64,000 bases of DNA. Origin: an uncultured Chloroflexia bacterium (GTDB taxonomy: Bacteria > Chloroflexota > Limnocylindria > Limnocylindrales > CSP1-4). The stretch spans positions 2,613,486-2,677,485 of the forward strand of contig OY970185.1 in NCBI GenBank assembly GCA_963708015.1, in the 5' to 3' direction. The notes under the pieces are model-generated. The model was not told the origin of the DNA. It was given only the letters and a program-made list of their open reading frames with translations, and did no database searches. The translations under genes were made by a program, and so were the position numbers. Positions 9,081-18,610 of this stretch are shown here, piece by piece; position 1 is the first letter of the stretch, and each line of letters begins with the position of its first letter.

Positions 9081-10610
9081 TCAGTCCGGCTGGTTGTCGA
9101 TCTGGGCCCGCTGTAGGCGGCCCGAGAAGTCGACGTAGATCGACTTCCACTCGGTATACGTGTCGAGCGCGGCGTGGCCGGCCTCGCGATGGCCGTTGCC
9201 GGTGCCCTTCGTGCCCCCGAACGGGAGGTGCGTCTCGGCCCCGATCGTGCCCGCGTTCACGTAGACGATCCCGGTCTCGAAATCGCGCATCGCCCGGAAG
9301 GCCGTGTTCGCATCGCTCGTGAAGATCGACGAGGACAGGCCGTAGCGGGTCTGGTTCAGGGCGGTCACCGCGGCCGCGTAGCCATCGACCGGGATGACCG
9401 ACAGGACCGGCCCGAAGATCTCCTCCTGGGCGATCCGGGCCATCGGGGCGACGCCGCTGAAGATCGTCGGCTCGAAGAAGTGGCCGTGCTCCAGCCCGCC
9501 CCCGGAACCCGGCTCGCCGCCGGTCACCAGGTCGCCCTCCCGGCGGCCCACGGCGATGTAACCCGAGACCTTGGCCAGGGCGGCGGCGTTGACGAGCGGC
9601 CCGACATCGGTCGTCGGCTCCAGGCCGGAGCCGAGCCGGAGCGCCTTCGCCCGTCGCTCGAGCCGTTCCACGAGCCGCTCGGCAACGGACCGGTCCACGA
9701 TCACCCGGCTGGCCGCCGTGCAGCGCTGGCCGGTCGTCCCGAAGGCGGACCAGAGGATCCCGTCGGTGGCCAGGTCGAGGTCGGCGTCGGCCATGACCAC
9801 GATCCCGTTCTTGCCGCCGAGCTCCAGGCTAAGCCGCTTCAAGCGAGCCCCAGCCTGTTCGGCCAGGCGCCGGCCCGTCTCGGTATTCCCGGTGAAGCTG
9901 ATCACCGGGATGTCGGGGCTGGTCACGATCGCATCGCCGACCGCGGCCCCCGGGCCGGTCACGAGGTTGACCGTGCCGTCCGGGAAGCCGGCCTCGGCCA
10001 TCAGCTCGACCAGCAGGGTCGCGCAATGGGGCGTGTCGCTCGAGGGCTTGAAGACGACCGTGTTGCCGCTGACGAGGGCCGGCATCATCTTCCAGCACGG
10101 GATCGCCATCGGGAAGTTCCAGGGGGTGATGATCCCGGCCACGCCGATCGGCTCGCGGATCGACATGGCCCACTTGTCGGGCAGCTCAGAGGGCGTCGTA
10201 TCGCCGAACAAGCGGCGCCCCTCGCCGGCCATCAGGAAGGCGATGTCGATACCTTCCTGGACGTCGCCCCGGGCCTCCGCCAGGACCTTGCCCATCTCCC
10301 GGGTCATCGCCCGGGCGAGGCGCTCCTTGTGCTCGGCCATGAGCGCGCCGAAGCGGTACAGGATCTCGCCCCGCTTCGGTGCCGGGGTTCGCTTCCAGCC
10401 TTCGCCGGCCATCTCGGCGGCCCGGATCGCCCGGGCCACGTCGGCGGCCGTCCCGGCCTGGAATTGGCCGACGATGTCGCGGGTGTCGGCCGGGTTGTCG
10501 CTGGCGAATGTCTCGCCGCTGACCGAATTGACCCATTCGCCGCCGATGAACAGCTGGAACATCGGGGCGTCGGTCGTCGTCTCCCTGGTGGCCGGCTCCA
10601 TCGAGGTCAT
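9081..10610 (-). CDS. NAD(P)-dependent aldehyde dehydrogenase
   Basis: Start 'MTSMEPATRE' (ATGA overlap with the thiolase stop at 10607-10610). 'ELGGKN' and the catalytic 'GQRCTAAS'. Confidence 0.9.
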   Translation of the reverse strand: MTSMEPATRETTTDAPMFQLFIGGEWVNSVSGETFASDNPADTRDIVGQFQAGTAADVARAIRAAEMAGEGWKRTPAPKRGEILYRFGALMAEHKERLARAMTREMGKVLAEARGDVQEGIDIAFLMAGEGRRLFGDTTPSELPDKWAMSIREPIGVAGIITPWNFPMAIPCWKMMPALVSGNTVVFKPSSDTPHCATLLVELMAEAGFPDGTVNLVTGPGAAVGDAIVTSPDIPVISFTGNTETGRRLAEQAGARLKRLSLELGGKNGIVVMADADLDLATDGILWSAFGTTGQRCTAASRVIVDRSVAERLVERLERRAKALRLGSGLEPTTDVGPLVNAAALAKVSGYIAVGRREGDLVTGGEPGSGGGLEHGHFFEPTIFSGVAPMARIAQEEIFGPVLSVIPVDGYAAAVTALNQTRYGLSSSIFTSDANTAFRAMRDFETGIVYVNAGTIGAETHLPFGGTKGTGNGHREAGHAALDTYTEWKSIYVDFSGRLQRAQIDNQPD

Positions 10611-11851
10611 CCCGCAACCCGCTCGAAGGCCATCGCGACCGAGCCGCCGCCGCCCAGGCACAGGGTGGCCAGGCCGTAGCGGCCCCGCCGCCGAGCCAGC
10701 TCGTGCAGGAGGGTCGCCACGATCCGGGCGCCGCTCGCCCCGATCGGGTGGCCGAGGGCGATCGCCCCACCGTTCACGTTCACCCTGGACCAGTCGAAGC
10801 CGAGCTCGCGCCCATCGGCCAGGGTCTGGGCCGCGAACGCCTCGTTGATCTCGACCAGGTCGAAGGCCTCGATCGGCAGCTCGATTCGCTCGAGCAGCCG
10901 CCGGACGCCGGTCACCGGGGCGAGGAACAGCCATTTCGGAGCGACCTCGGCCTGGCTGTAGCCGACGACCCGGGCGAGCGGCTTCAGGCCGAGCCGTTCG
11001 ACGGCCCGTTCGCTGGCAACCACGGTCGCGGCGGCCCCGTCGGTGATCCCGGGGGCATTGCCGGCGGTCACGGTCCCCTCCGTCGCCGCGCCCCGATCCA
11101 GACCGTCCGGCAGGGGGAAGACCGGCCTCAGCCGGGCGAGTGCCTCGAGGGAGGAGTCCCGGCGTGGACCCTCGTCGACCGACACGACCGTCTCGCGGCC
11201 CTTGGCATCGCGGATCGTGACCGGAGCCAGCTCGGCTTCGAACCGGCCGGCCTCGATCGCCGCGATCGCCCGCTCGTGGCTCTGCAGGGCAAACGCGTCC
11301 TGATCCTGGCGCGAGACCGCGTCGTGGATCGCGACCCGCTCCGCGTGGGTCCCCATGTGGCAATCCTCGAAGGCGCACCACAACCCGTCGTGGACCGTCG
11401 AATCGATCAGCTTGCCGTCGCCCAGGCGATAGCCGAAGCGGGCGCCCGGGAGCAGGAACGGGGCACGGTTCATGCTCTCCATCCCGCCGGCGACGGCGAT
11501 CTCGGCGTCGCCCGCCCGGATCTCGGCGGCCGCCAGCATGATCGCCTTGAGGCCCGAGCCACAGACCCGGTTGATCGTGGTCGCGCTCGTCGCGTCGGGC
11601 AGGCCGGCCGCGAGCGCCGCCTGGCGGGCCGGTGCCTGGCCGGCTCCGGCCTGGAGGACCTGGCCCATCAGGACCTCGTCGATCGGAGAGCCCCCGGGGA
11701 GTCGCGCCCGCTCAACGGCCGCCTTGATGGCAATTCCGCCGAGCTCGGTCGCGGCCACGCTGCTGAGCGCGCCGCCGAACTTGCCGATCGGGGTGCGCTG
11801 GGCGCTGACGATGAAGACGTCGCCGTTCAGGCCGGCTGGGATCTCGGGCAT
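10607..11851 (-). CDS. acetyl-CoA C-acetyltransferase (thiolase II)
   Basis: 'NRVCGSGLKA' (nucleophile Cys), 'GHPIGASGARI' and the C-terminal 'LCLGGGGSVAM'. Confidence 0.9.
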   Translation of the reverse strand: MPEIPAGLNGDVFIVSAQRTPIGKFGGALSSVAATELGGIAIKAAVERARLPGGSPIDEVLMGQVLQAGAGQAPARQAALAAGLPDATSATTINRVCGSGLKAIMLAAAEIRAGDAEIAVAGGMESMNRAPFLLPGARFGYRLGDGKLIDSTVHDGLWCAFEDCHMGTHAERVAIHDAVSRQDQDAFALQSHERAIAAIEAGRFEAELAPVTIRDAKGRETVVSVDEGPRRDSSLEALARLRPVFPLPDGLDRGAATEGTVTAGNAPGITDGAAATVVASERAVERLGLKPLARVVGYSQAEVAPKWLFLAPVTGVRRLLERIELPIEAFDLVEINEAFAAQTLADGRELGFDWSRVNVNGGAIALGHPIGASGARIVATLLHELARRRGRYGLATLCLGGGGSVAMAFERVAG

Positions 11852-11899
11852 GGCTCGAATCTACACCGGGCGAGCTTCTGAGCCGGGGCCCTTGCCCGT

Positions 11900-11983
11900 G
11901 GCCCGGGCCGGTGCAGCCGGGCGGCCGGTCAGCGGGGCAGGTGGAGAAGCCGCGGCCCGTCTTCTGGCCCAGGTGGCCGGCGG
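11900..11983 (-). pseudogene. degenerate copy of the 3' end (plus about 28 nt of downstream flank) of the 3-hydroxybutyryl-CoA dehydrogenase gene
   Basis: About 84 bp, roughly 90% identical by eye to 12269..12352. Encodes '...AGHLGQKTGRGFSTCPA' versus the genuine '...AGHLGQKTGRGFYTYPR*'. Confidence 0.6.
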
Positions 11984-12024
11984 CCGGCCGCAACACCGTG
12001 CGCGCGGCTCGTCACTGCTCCCGA

Positions 12025-12194
12025 CTCGTCAGATTCCGCTGAGAGCCGCGTCATGACTCGTCGCGGGCCGAAGACCGACCTTCAGCTGACTGCGTCCGCT
12101 TCGCCCGTGCACGAGGTCCCTCGCGAATCACCCGATTCCGAGCCCGCTCGCCTCGCGAGCGACCTTAAGGCGGCCCTGAGCGGAATCTGACGAG
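12025..12194. repeat. imperfect 19-nt inverted repeat pair flanking about 130 bp (MITE-like or long hairpin)
   Basis: 'ctcgtcagattccgctgag' (12025-12043) versus the reverse complement of 'ctgagcggaatctgacgag' (12176-12194): 18/19 match. Confidence 0.55.
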
Positions 12195-12296
12195 AACGCG
12201 GCCGCGGTCGGGACTCCGGGCTGGGCCAGGGCTCCGGCCACCAAACGAGTCCGCGCCGCGCCGGATGTGGCCTGGGCCGGTGCAGCCGGCGGCCGG

Positions 12297-13193
12297 TCAG
12301 CGCGGGTAGGTGTAGAAGCCCCGGCCCGTCTTCTGGCCCAGGTGGCCGGCGGACACGAGTTCGTCGAGAATCGCCGGCGGGGCGAACCGGTCGTCGCCCA
12401 GGCCGCTGTGCAGGACCCGCATCACCCCGAGGCAGACGTCGAGCCCGATGAAGTCGGCCAGCTCGAGCGGGCCCATCGGATGGTTCAGGCCGCGCTTCGC
12501 CCCGGTGTCGATGTCCTCGGCCGTGCCGAGCTGCTCTTCGAGCGCGCGCATCGCCTCGGCCAGGAACGGCATCAGGATCCGGTTGACGATGAAGCCGGGT
12601 CGGTCGGCCGAGGTGATCACGACCCAGGGCTTGCCGCCCTGCTGCCGGACGTGGGCGTCCATCTCGGCGACCAGCTCCCGGATCGCCCCGGCTGTCGCGT
12701 CGTCCGTCTCGTTGCTCCGGATCAGCTCGACCAGGCGCATGACCGGGACCGGGCTGAAGAAGTGCATCCCGGCGAACCGCGGCCGGCGCTCGGGCGAGAC
12801 GGCGGAGGCGAGCGTGGCGATCGCGATCGAGCTCGTGTTCGAGGCGAGGATCGCGTCGGGCCGGGCGAGCCGGTCGATCTTCGACCAGAGCGCCTGCTTG
12901 ACGGCCAGGTCCTCGAAAACGGCCTCGATCACGAGATCGGCCTCGGCCACGTCCGGGAGCCGGTCGGTCGGCCTGATCCGGGCCATCGTCGTGTCGCGGG
13001 TCGCCTCGTCGAGGATCCCCTTCTCGATCCAGCGGTCGAAATTCCGGGCAATCCGCTCCCGGCCCGCGACCGCCCGGGCCAGGTCGGGCTCATAGAGCGT
13101 GACCTGCTTGCCGATCCCGGCATGGACCATGGCGATCCCGTGGCCCATCAGGCCGGCCCCGGCGACGAAGACGCGTTCGATGGTCATCGCCAC
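12297..13193 (-). CDS. hbd: 3-hydroxybutyryl-CoA (3-hydroxyacyl-CoA) dehydrogenase
   Basis: N-terminal Rossmann 'VFVAGAGLMGHGIA'; length and C-terminal domain typical of Hbd/FadB-type enzymes. Confidence 0.9.
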   Translation of the reverse strand: MAMTIERVFVAGAGLMGHGIAMVHAGIGKQVTLYEPDLARAVAGRERIARNFDRWIEKGILDEATRDTTMARIRPTDRLPDVAEADLVIEAVFEDLAVKQALWSKIDRLARPDAILASNTSSIAIATLASAVSPERRPRFAGMHFFSPVPVMRLVELIRSNETDDATAGAIRELVAEMDAHVRQQGGKPWVVITSADRPGFIVNRILMPFLAEAMRALEEQLGTAEDIDTGAKRGLNHPMGPLELADFIGLDVCLGVMRVLHSGLGDDRFAPPAILDELVSAGHLGQKTGRGFYTYPR

Positions 13194-13196
13194 AGC

Positions 13197-14258
13197 CTAG
13201 CGCCGAGGGTCGTCGCGGGTCTCACCCTGGGCGGTCACAAACGCTTCGAGGAGACGCTCGGCGGCGCTCAGCGGATCCGTCTCGTGGGCGGCCACCGCGC
13301 GGACGGCGGCGTCGGTCGCGGCGGCCTGGGCGGGCAGGCGGAGGAGCCGGCCGAGGCGGTCCGCCAGTGCTCCCCGAACCTCGGCGTCGGCCCGGGCCAG
13401 CCGGGCCGCGCCGTCGTCGGCCAGGGCGCCCTCGGCCCGGCGCCGGTCGATCGCGCCGAGCAGCTCGGGCACGCCGGCGCCGGTCGCCGCGGTCGTGATC
13501 AGGACGGGCGGCCCGTGGATCCCCCGGTGGCCGCCCCCGAGCATCGCCCGGAGCTGACTGGCCGTCCGCTGAGCGCCCGGGCGGTCGCCCTTGTTGACCA
13601 CGACGAGGTCGGCCACCTCGAGCAGGCCGGCTTTGATCGCCTGGATCTCGTCACCCATCTCGGGCGCCTCGAGCACGACCGTCGTGTCGGCCGCGGCGGC
13701 GACCTCGACCTCGCTCTGGCCGGTTCCGACCGTCTCGATGAACACGATCTCGAAGCCGGCAGCGTCGAGCACGGCGCAGGCCGCCCCGGTCGTCGACGCC
13801 AGGCCGCCGGCGTGGCCGCGGGCCGCCATCGATCGAATGAACACATCGCGATCGCCCGCGTACGCCTGCATCCGGACCCGGTCGCCCAGGATCGCCCCGC
13901 CGGTGATCGGGCTCGAGGGATCGACGGCCACGACCGCGACCGGCCGACCCGTCCGCCGGATCTCGCCGATGAGGGCCGCCACGAGGGTGCTCTTGCCGGC
14001 GCCCGGCGGTCCGGTGATCCCGACGAGGTGAGCCCGGCCGGCGAGCGGGTAGAGCCGGCGCAGGGCCACCTCGGCGAGCGGGGTCCGGTTCTCGACCGCG
14101 GTCAGCAGCCTGGCCAGGGCGCGGCGGTCGCCGGCCAGGGCCGAATCGCCCAGCTCCGTCGCGCGGGCCACAGCCGAGGGACTCGTGGCCGACGAGCTCA
14201 TCGCCGACGGGTCGTCCGCTTCCGACGGGCCGGCCGGGCCGCCAGGCGGCGGAATCAC
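13197..14258 (-). CDS. meaB: MeaB/ArgK-family G-protein chaperone for B12-dependent mutases
   Basis: P-loop '[11 protein letters not shown]' and 'VVVNKGD' (NKxD). Overlaps the stop of the B12-binding subunit gene. Confidence 0.9.
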   Translation of the reverse strand: MIPPPGGPAGPSEADDPSAMSSSATSPSAVARATELGDSALAGDRRALARLLTAVENRTPLAEVALRRLYPLAGRAHLVGITGPPGAGKSTLVAALIGEIRRTGRPVAVVAVDPSSPITGGAILGDRVRMQAYAGDRDVFIRSMAARGHAGGLASTTGAACAVLDAAGFEIVFIETVGTGQSEVEVAAAADTTVVLEAPEMGDEIQAIKAGLLEVADLVVVNKGDRPGAQRTASQLRAMLGGGHRGIHGPPVLITTAATGAGVPELLGAIDRRRAEGALADDGAARLARADAEVRGALADRLGRLLRLPAQAAATDAAVRAVAAHETDPLSAAERLLEAFVTAQGETRDDPRR

Positions 14259-14665
14259 CCCTGGTCGCGCGGTCGGGCGTTCGCCCGGAAGAAGGTGGCG
14301 ACCTCGCCGATCGTCGTGCCCGGCCCGAACACCGCGCTCACCCCGGCCTCCTTGAGGACCGGGATGTCGTCATCGGGGATGATCCCCCCGACCGAGACGA
14401 GCACATCGCTCAGGCCCTCGGCCCGGAGCAGCTCACAGATCCTCGGGACAAGGGTCATGTGGGCACCGGACAGGATCGACAGGCCGACGATGTCGACATC
14501 CTCCTGGAGGGCCGCCGTGGCGACCATCTCGGGGGTCTGTCGGAGGCCCGTGTAGACGACCTCGAAGCCTTCGTCGCGAAGGCCCCTGGCGAGGACCTTC
14601 GCACCGCGATCGTGGCCGTCCAGGCCGGGCTTGGCGATGAGGACCTTGATCGGTCGGTCGGTCAT
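14255..14665 (-). CDS. acyl-CoA mutase small subunit (cobalamin-binding domain; IcmB/McmB-like)
   Basis: Start '[23 protein letters not shown]' (DxHxxG B12-binding motif); 136 aa. Confidence 0.9.
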   Translation of the reverse strand: MTDRPIKVLIAKPGLDGHDRGAKVLARGLRDEGFEVVYTGLRQTPEMVATAALQEDVDIVGLSILSGAHMTLVPRICELLRAEGLSDVLVSVGGIIPDDDIPVLKEAGVSAVFGPGTTIGEVATFFRANARPRDQG

Positions 14666-14724
14666 GGGCCCGATTGTAGGCCGCGCCCCGGCGGACGAGC
14701 GCCCGATCCCAGGCCGGGTTCGCC

Positions 14725-15501
14725 CTAGATCGAGCGCTGGTATGCCCGGAACGTGCTCGTCGCCCAGGCCGTGGTGAGCGCCGCCAGGCCGGCCAGGAGG
14801 GCGATTCGGACGAGAACGAATGACCAGTCGGGACCGGCCGTCATGGCTTCCCGGCCGGCCTCGACGGCCCAGTTGACCGGATTGAAGGTGGCAACCGTTG
14901 CGATCCAGGCGGGGGCCAGCTTGAGCGGCATGAACGCCGCCGACAGGAACGTCAGGGGCAGCGTCAGCAGGGTGTTGATCCCGATGACTGATTCCCGCTG
15001 GCGCAGGACCAGGGCCATCGCATCGGAGAACGAGGCGACGGTCGCGCCGACCAGCATCGCGCTCAGGACGAGGACGGCGAAGCCGGCCGGACCGCCCGGG
15101 AAATGGGCGCCGAGGAGCAGGGCCATGCCGCCGATGATCGCGGCCTGGATCCCGAACGCCACGAGCTCGTAGACGTTGAGACCGACGATGATCGCGCTGC
15201 GATGGATCGGGGTCGACAGCATCCGGTCCATGATCGAGCGGTCGAGGTCCTCGATGATCGACATCCCGCTCCAGCCGCACGAGAACAGGGCGGTCATCAC
15301 CACGACGCCGGGTACGAGGTAGTCGATGTAGCTGGCCGAGGCCGAGAAGCCCGGGATCTGGATCACGCTCTTGAACAGGGCGCCGAACAACAGCAGCCAG
15401 ATGACCGGCTGGATCAGGGACATCACCACGAACCACGGCTGGCGCAGGAAGAAGCGCAGGTGGCGGCCCGCGATGTAGGAGCTCTGGGCGATCGCGGTCA
15501 T
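14725..15501 (-). CDS. ABC-2 type exporter permease (DrrB-like)
   Basis: Start '[18 protein letters not shown]' (ATGA overlap with the ATPase stop at 15498-15501); six hydrophobic segments. Confidence 0.8.
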   Translation of the reverse strand: MTAIAQSSYIAGRHLRFFLRQPWFVVMSLIQPVIWLLLFGALFKSVIQIPGFSASASYIDYLVPGVVVMTALFSCGWSGMSIIEDLDRSIMDRMLSTPIHRSAIIVGLNVYELVAFGIQAAIIGGMALLLGAHFPGGPAGFAVLVLSAMLVGATVASFSDAMALVLRQRESVIGINTLLTLPLTFLSAAFMPLKLAPAWIATVATFNPVNWAVEAGREAMTAGPDWSFVLVRIALLAGLAALTTAWATSTFRAYQRSI

Positions 15502-16541
15502 CGGTTTGCCTCCTGGCTCTCGGGCCGGTAGGCCCGGCCGGTATGTCGGAGATAGACGTCGTCGAGCGACGGCCGGGCCACGGTCACCGAGGCAACCTCC
15601 AGGCCGGCCGCGTCGAGTGCGGATAGGACGTTGGGGACCGACCGGGCGCCGTTGTCGGCCCGTGCCCGCAGGGTGCGACCGGCCAAGGCTGGCTCGTGGA
15701 CCCCCTCGATCGGCTCGAGGATGGCGGCGGCCTCGACGTTCCGGGTTGACTCGCCCAGCTCGACGACGATGGCGTCCCCGCGCAGGCTGGACTTGAGCGC
15801 CTCGGGCGTGCCCTGGGCGACGATCCGACCACGATCGATGATCGCAACCTGCCCGGCGAGCCGATCGGCCTCCTCGAGGTAGTGGGTCGTCAGGAGGATC
15901 GCCAGTCCCTCGCCCGACAGGCGCTGGACCTCCGCCCACAGGTCGGCTCGAGCCTCTGGATCGAGGCCGGTCGTCGGCTCATCAAGGAACAGGATCCGCG
16001 GCCGGTGGACGAGGCCGGAGGCCACGTCGAGCTTGCGCTGCATCCCGCCCGACCAGGTCTTGACGATCCGGTCGGCGGCCTCGTCCAGGCCGAACCGGCC
16101 GAGCAGCTCGTCGACCCGCTGCCTGAGCTCACGGCCGGGCATCCCGTAGAGGCGACCCTGGAGCGTGAGATTCTCCCGTCCGGTCGCGTCCAGATCGACC
16201 GCGCCGCTCTGGCCGACCACCCCGATCATCCGCCGGACCCGGTCCGGCTGGGCCGCGACGTCGACCCCGAAGATCATCGCCCGACCGCTGTCGGCCCGCG
16301 ACAGGGTGGTCAGGACCCTGACCGTGGTCGACTTCCCCGCCCCGTTCGGCCCGAGCAGGCCGAAGATCGTCCCGGGCTCGACCGTCAGGCTGATCCCGTC
16401 CAGGGCCCGGATGTCGCCGGGATAGGTCTTCACCAGGTCTGAGGCCTGGATCGCGGCTCCGATTCGAGTTTGGCCGGGCTGAACTGCCGGGACAGGTTGG
16501 CCGGGGCTTGCGCCGGCGACCGGCGGCCGATCGAGAATCAC
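15498..16541 (-). CDS. ABC transporter ATP-binding protein (DrrA-like)
   Basis: '[10 protein letters not shown]', 'WSGGMQRKL', '[11 protein letters not shown]'. The exact start is uncertain. Confidence 0.85.
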   Translation of the reverse strand: MILDRPPVAGASPGQPVPAVQPGQTRIGAAIQASDLVKTYPGDIRALDGISLTVEPGTIFGLLGPNGAGKSTTVRVLTTLSRADSGRAMIFGVDVAAQPDRVRRMIGVVGQSGAVDLDATGRENLTLQGRLYGMPGRELRQRVDELLGRFGLDEAADRIVKTWSGGMQRKLDVASGLVHRPRILFLDEPTTGLDPEARADLWAEVQRLSGEGLAILLTTHYLEEADRLAGQVAIIDRGRIVAQGTPEALKSSLRGDAIVVELGESTRNVEAAAILEPIEGVHEPALAGRTLRARADNGARSVPNVLSALDAAGLEVASVTVARPSLDDVYLRHTGRAYRPESQEANR

Positions 16542-16563
16542 GGGATCATGTCCTCCATGGCAT

Positions 16564-16615
16564 GCAGATTGCTGAGTTCATCAATTGCGCTATCATGTAT
16601 CTGCGCAGTGCAGAT
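16564..16615. promoter_or_regulatory. candidate MarR operator in a divergent promoter region
   Basis: Locally AT-richer stretch between divergent genes. Palindrome ATCTGC-N5-GCAGAT (16599-16615) plus an extra GCAGAT half-site at 16564-16569. Confidence 0.3.
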
Positions 16616-16636
16616 GATAGCCATGGGAGTCAATTG

Positions 16637-17818
16637 ATGTCAACCGATGAATCGAGCCGGGACGAGCTGCTCGACGCCGTCCTCGGGGCAACCCGCCAGC
16701 TGACGAACCAGGGGATCCAGTTCAGCCAGTCCGTGGCCAACCGCTTCGGGCTCGCCGTCACCGATGCGACCGCGCTCGAGCAGCTGGCCGCGCTCGGCTC
16801 AACGACGGCCGGCCAGATTGCCGAGATGACCGGGCTGACAACCGGGGCCGCAACCCGGATGATCGATCGGCTCGAGCAGTCGGGCTTCGTCCGCCGGACG
16901 ACAGATCCGGCCGACCGTCGGCGGGTGATCGTCGAACCGATCGCCGATCGGGTGGGCGACGTCGAGGCCCAATTCGCCGCAGCCCGGGCCGCCACCAGGA
17001 CGGCCATCGAGCCGTTCAGTGATGCCGAGCTCGAGTTGATCCGCACGTTCCTGACCCGCAGCCTCGACGTCGGCCGAGTCGAGACGGCCCGGGTTGAAGA
17101 GGCCCCGGCCGCGGGGTCATCCGACTCATCGTCGTTCGCGCCGCTCGGCGGCACGACCAGCGGCCGGCTCGTCTTCGTGTCGGGCGCTCCATACCTGACC
17201 CTCACTGCGGATCCGGCTCTCGGCAACCTCTATCGGGCGCGCTTCAACGGCGCGATCCCGAAGGTCCGGGTCCGGGAAGGCGTGGTGACCGTGCGCTACG
17301 GCCGGCTGTCGTGGTTCGACTGGCGAGCCCGGATCGGGAGCCAGATGTTCGAGGCGATGGCCCACTGGCGCGACGACCGGGGCGAGATCGTCCTGAACGG
17401 CAGCGTCCCCTGGACGATCGAGGTCCGGGGCGGCGTGTCGAAGATCAATGCCGACCTACGGGGGCTGGAGCTGGCCGGCTTCGACATCGCCGGCGGGGTC
17501 AGCGCGGTCGAGCTCAACCTGCCCAATCCGAGGTCGGTCGTCCGGATCCGGATGAGCGGTGGCGCGAACGACGTGTCAATCCACCGCCCGGCGGGCGTCG
17601 CGATCCGGCTTCGGTTGAATGGTGGCTCGAACAAGGTCACCGTCGACGGTCAGCAGATCCACCGTCGCGGCCAGGTCACCTTTGCCGACGCCACCAGCCA
17701 GGGCCGCGGCGCGATCCAGCACGAGACGCCGCAGGCCGCCAGCCAGCCCGAGCGCTACGAAATCGAGCTGAACGGCGGGACGAATCGCCTGACGGTCGAC
17801 ACCCGGCCGGCGAGCTGA
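16637..17818 (+). CDS. MarR-family HTH fused to a C-terminal beta-repeat ('toast-rack'/DUF4097-DUF2154-like) domain
   Basis: Start 'MSTDESSRDELL'. MarR core 'LAALGSTTAGQIAEMTGLTTGAATRMIDRLEQSGFVRRTTDPADRRR'. The C-terminus carries five 'xxGGx(S/N)x(V/I/L)' repeats. Confidence 0.75.
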   Translation: MSTDESSRDELLDAVLGATRQLTNQGIQFSQSVANRFGLAVTDATALEQLAALGSTTAGQIAEMTGLTTGAATRMIDRLEQSGFVRRTTDPADRRRVIVEPIADRVGDVEAQFAAARAATRTAIEPFSDAELELIRTFLTRSLDVGRVETARVEEAPAAGSSDSSSFAPLGGTTSGRLVFVSGAPYLTLTADPALGNLYRARFNGAIPKVRVREGVVTVRYGRLSWFDWRARIGSQMFEAMAHWRDDRGEIVLNGSVPWTIEVRGGVSKINADLRGLELAGFDIAGGVSAVELNLPNPRSVVRIRMSGGANDVSIHRPAGVAIRLRLNGGSNKVTVDGQQIHRRGQVTFADATSQGRGAIQHETPQAASQPERYEIELNGGTNRLTVDTRPAS

Positions 17819-17827
17819 GGGCCCCGC

Positions 17828-18508
17828 TCAGGCGCGGGTGTCGCGCCGCTCGAGGTGGGCCAGGAATTCCTCGCGGGTCCGCTGGCTCCGCCGGAACTGG
17901 CCGAGGACCGCGCTCGTGACCATCGTCGTGCCGCCCTTCCGAACGCCCCGCATCGTCGTGCACAGGTGCTGGGCCTCGATCACCACGCCCACCCCGAGCG
18001 GCTCGATCCGGGTCATCAGGAACTCGGCGATCTCCTGGGTCAGGCGCTCCTGGACCTGGAGCCGGCGCGAGTACATCTCGACGATCCGGGGGATCTTGGA
18101 CAGGCCGATCACCCGGTCCCGGGGCAGGTAGCCGACCGAGGCGGTACCGAAGAAGGGCAAAAGGTGGTGCTCGCAGAGCGAGTAGAACTCGATCCCCTTG
18201 ACCACGACCATCTCGCTGTAGTCGACCGTGAAGACCGCCCCGTTCATCAGCCGGTCGGGGTCGACGTGGTAGCCGGCGGTCAGCTCGTGGTACATCCGGT
18301 GGATCCGCTCGGGAGTCCGGCGCAGGCCCTCGCGCTCGGGATCCTCGCCGATCTCGACGAGGATCGCTCGCACGGCCGGCTCGATCCGGCTCGCGTCCGC
18401 CCGATCGGCGGCCGGCCCGCCATCGCGCGCGTCGTTCTCGGCGATCTCATCCGGATCGCTTTCGATCGCGGCGACGATCGACTTGATGTCGTCAGGCAGG
18501 GTGGGCAT
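17828..18508 (-). CDS. folE: GTP cyclohydrolase I
   Basis: '[14 protein letters not shown]', '[10 protein letters not shown]', '[13 protein letters not shown]': near-textbook FolE motifs. Confidence 0.92.
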   Translation of the reverse strand: MPTLPDDIKSIVAAIESDPDEIAENDARDGGPAADRADASRIEPAVRAILVEIGEDPEREGLRRTPERIHRMYHELTAGYHVDPDRLMNGAVFTVDYSEMVVVKGIEFYSLCEHHLLPFFGTASVGYLPRDRVIGLSKIPRIVEMYSRRLQVQERLTQEIAEFLMTRIEPLGVGVVIEAQHLCTTMRGVRKGGTTMVTSAVLGQFRRSQRTREEFLAHLERRDTRA

Positions 18509-18556
18509 CGAATCGCGGCTCCTCGAGTGGGCCGCGATCGTACCCGATCATCCCCG

Positions 18557-18610
18557 CCCGGCCGTCTGGCCCCGGCCGTCTGGCCCCGGCCGTCAGGCCC
18601 CGGCCGGCGG
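18557..18610. repeat. 14-bp tandem repeat, about 3.5 copies
   Basis: 'cccggccgtctggc' x2, then 'cccggccgtcaggc' and a partial unit. Spans the DUF4349 stop codon and lies 50-100 bp upstream of folE. Confidence 0.7.

Noticed and set aside
12053-12190. 45-aa ORF (ATG 12053 to TGA 12190) lying exactly between the inverted repeats
   Set aside because: There is no SD or -10 element upstream, GC3 is only about 75% by my count, and it runs opposite to the surrounding operon. It may be a chance ORF inside the repeat element.
13197-14665. 2-hydroxyisobutyryl-CoA mutase (HCM) interpretation, suggested by the mutase-small-subunit/MeaB/hbd/thiolase linkage
   Set aside because: The large subunit has Phe ('RMFAGFG') where, as I recall, HcmA has Ile and MCM has Tyr. 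Together with Gln229 this matches the ICM pattern better. Only an alignment and an assay can settle it.
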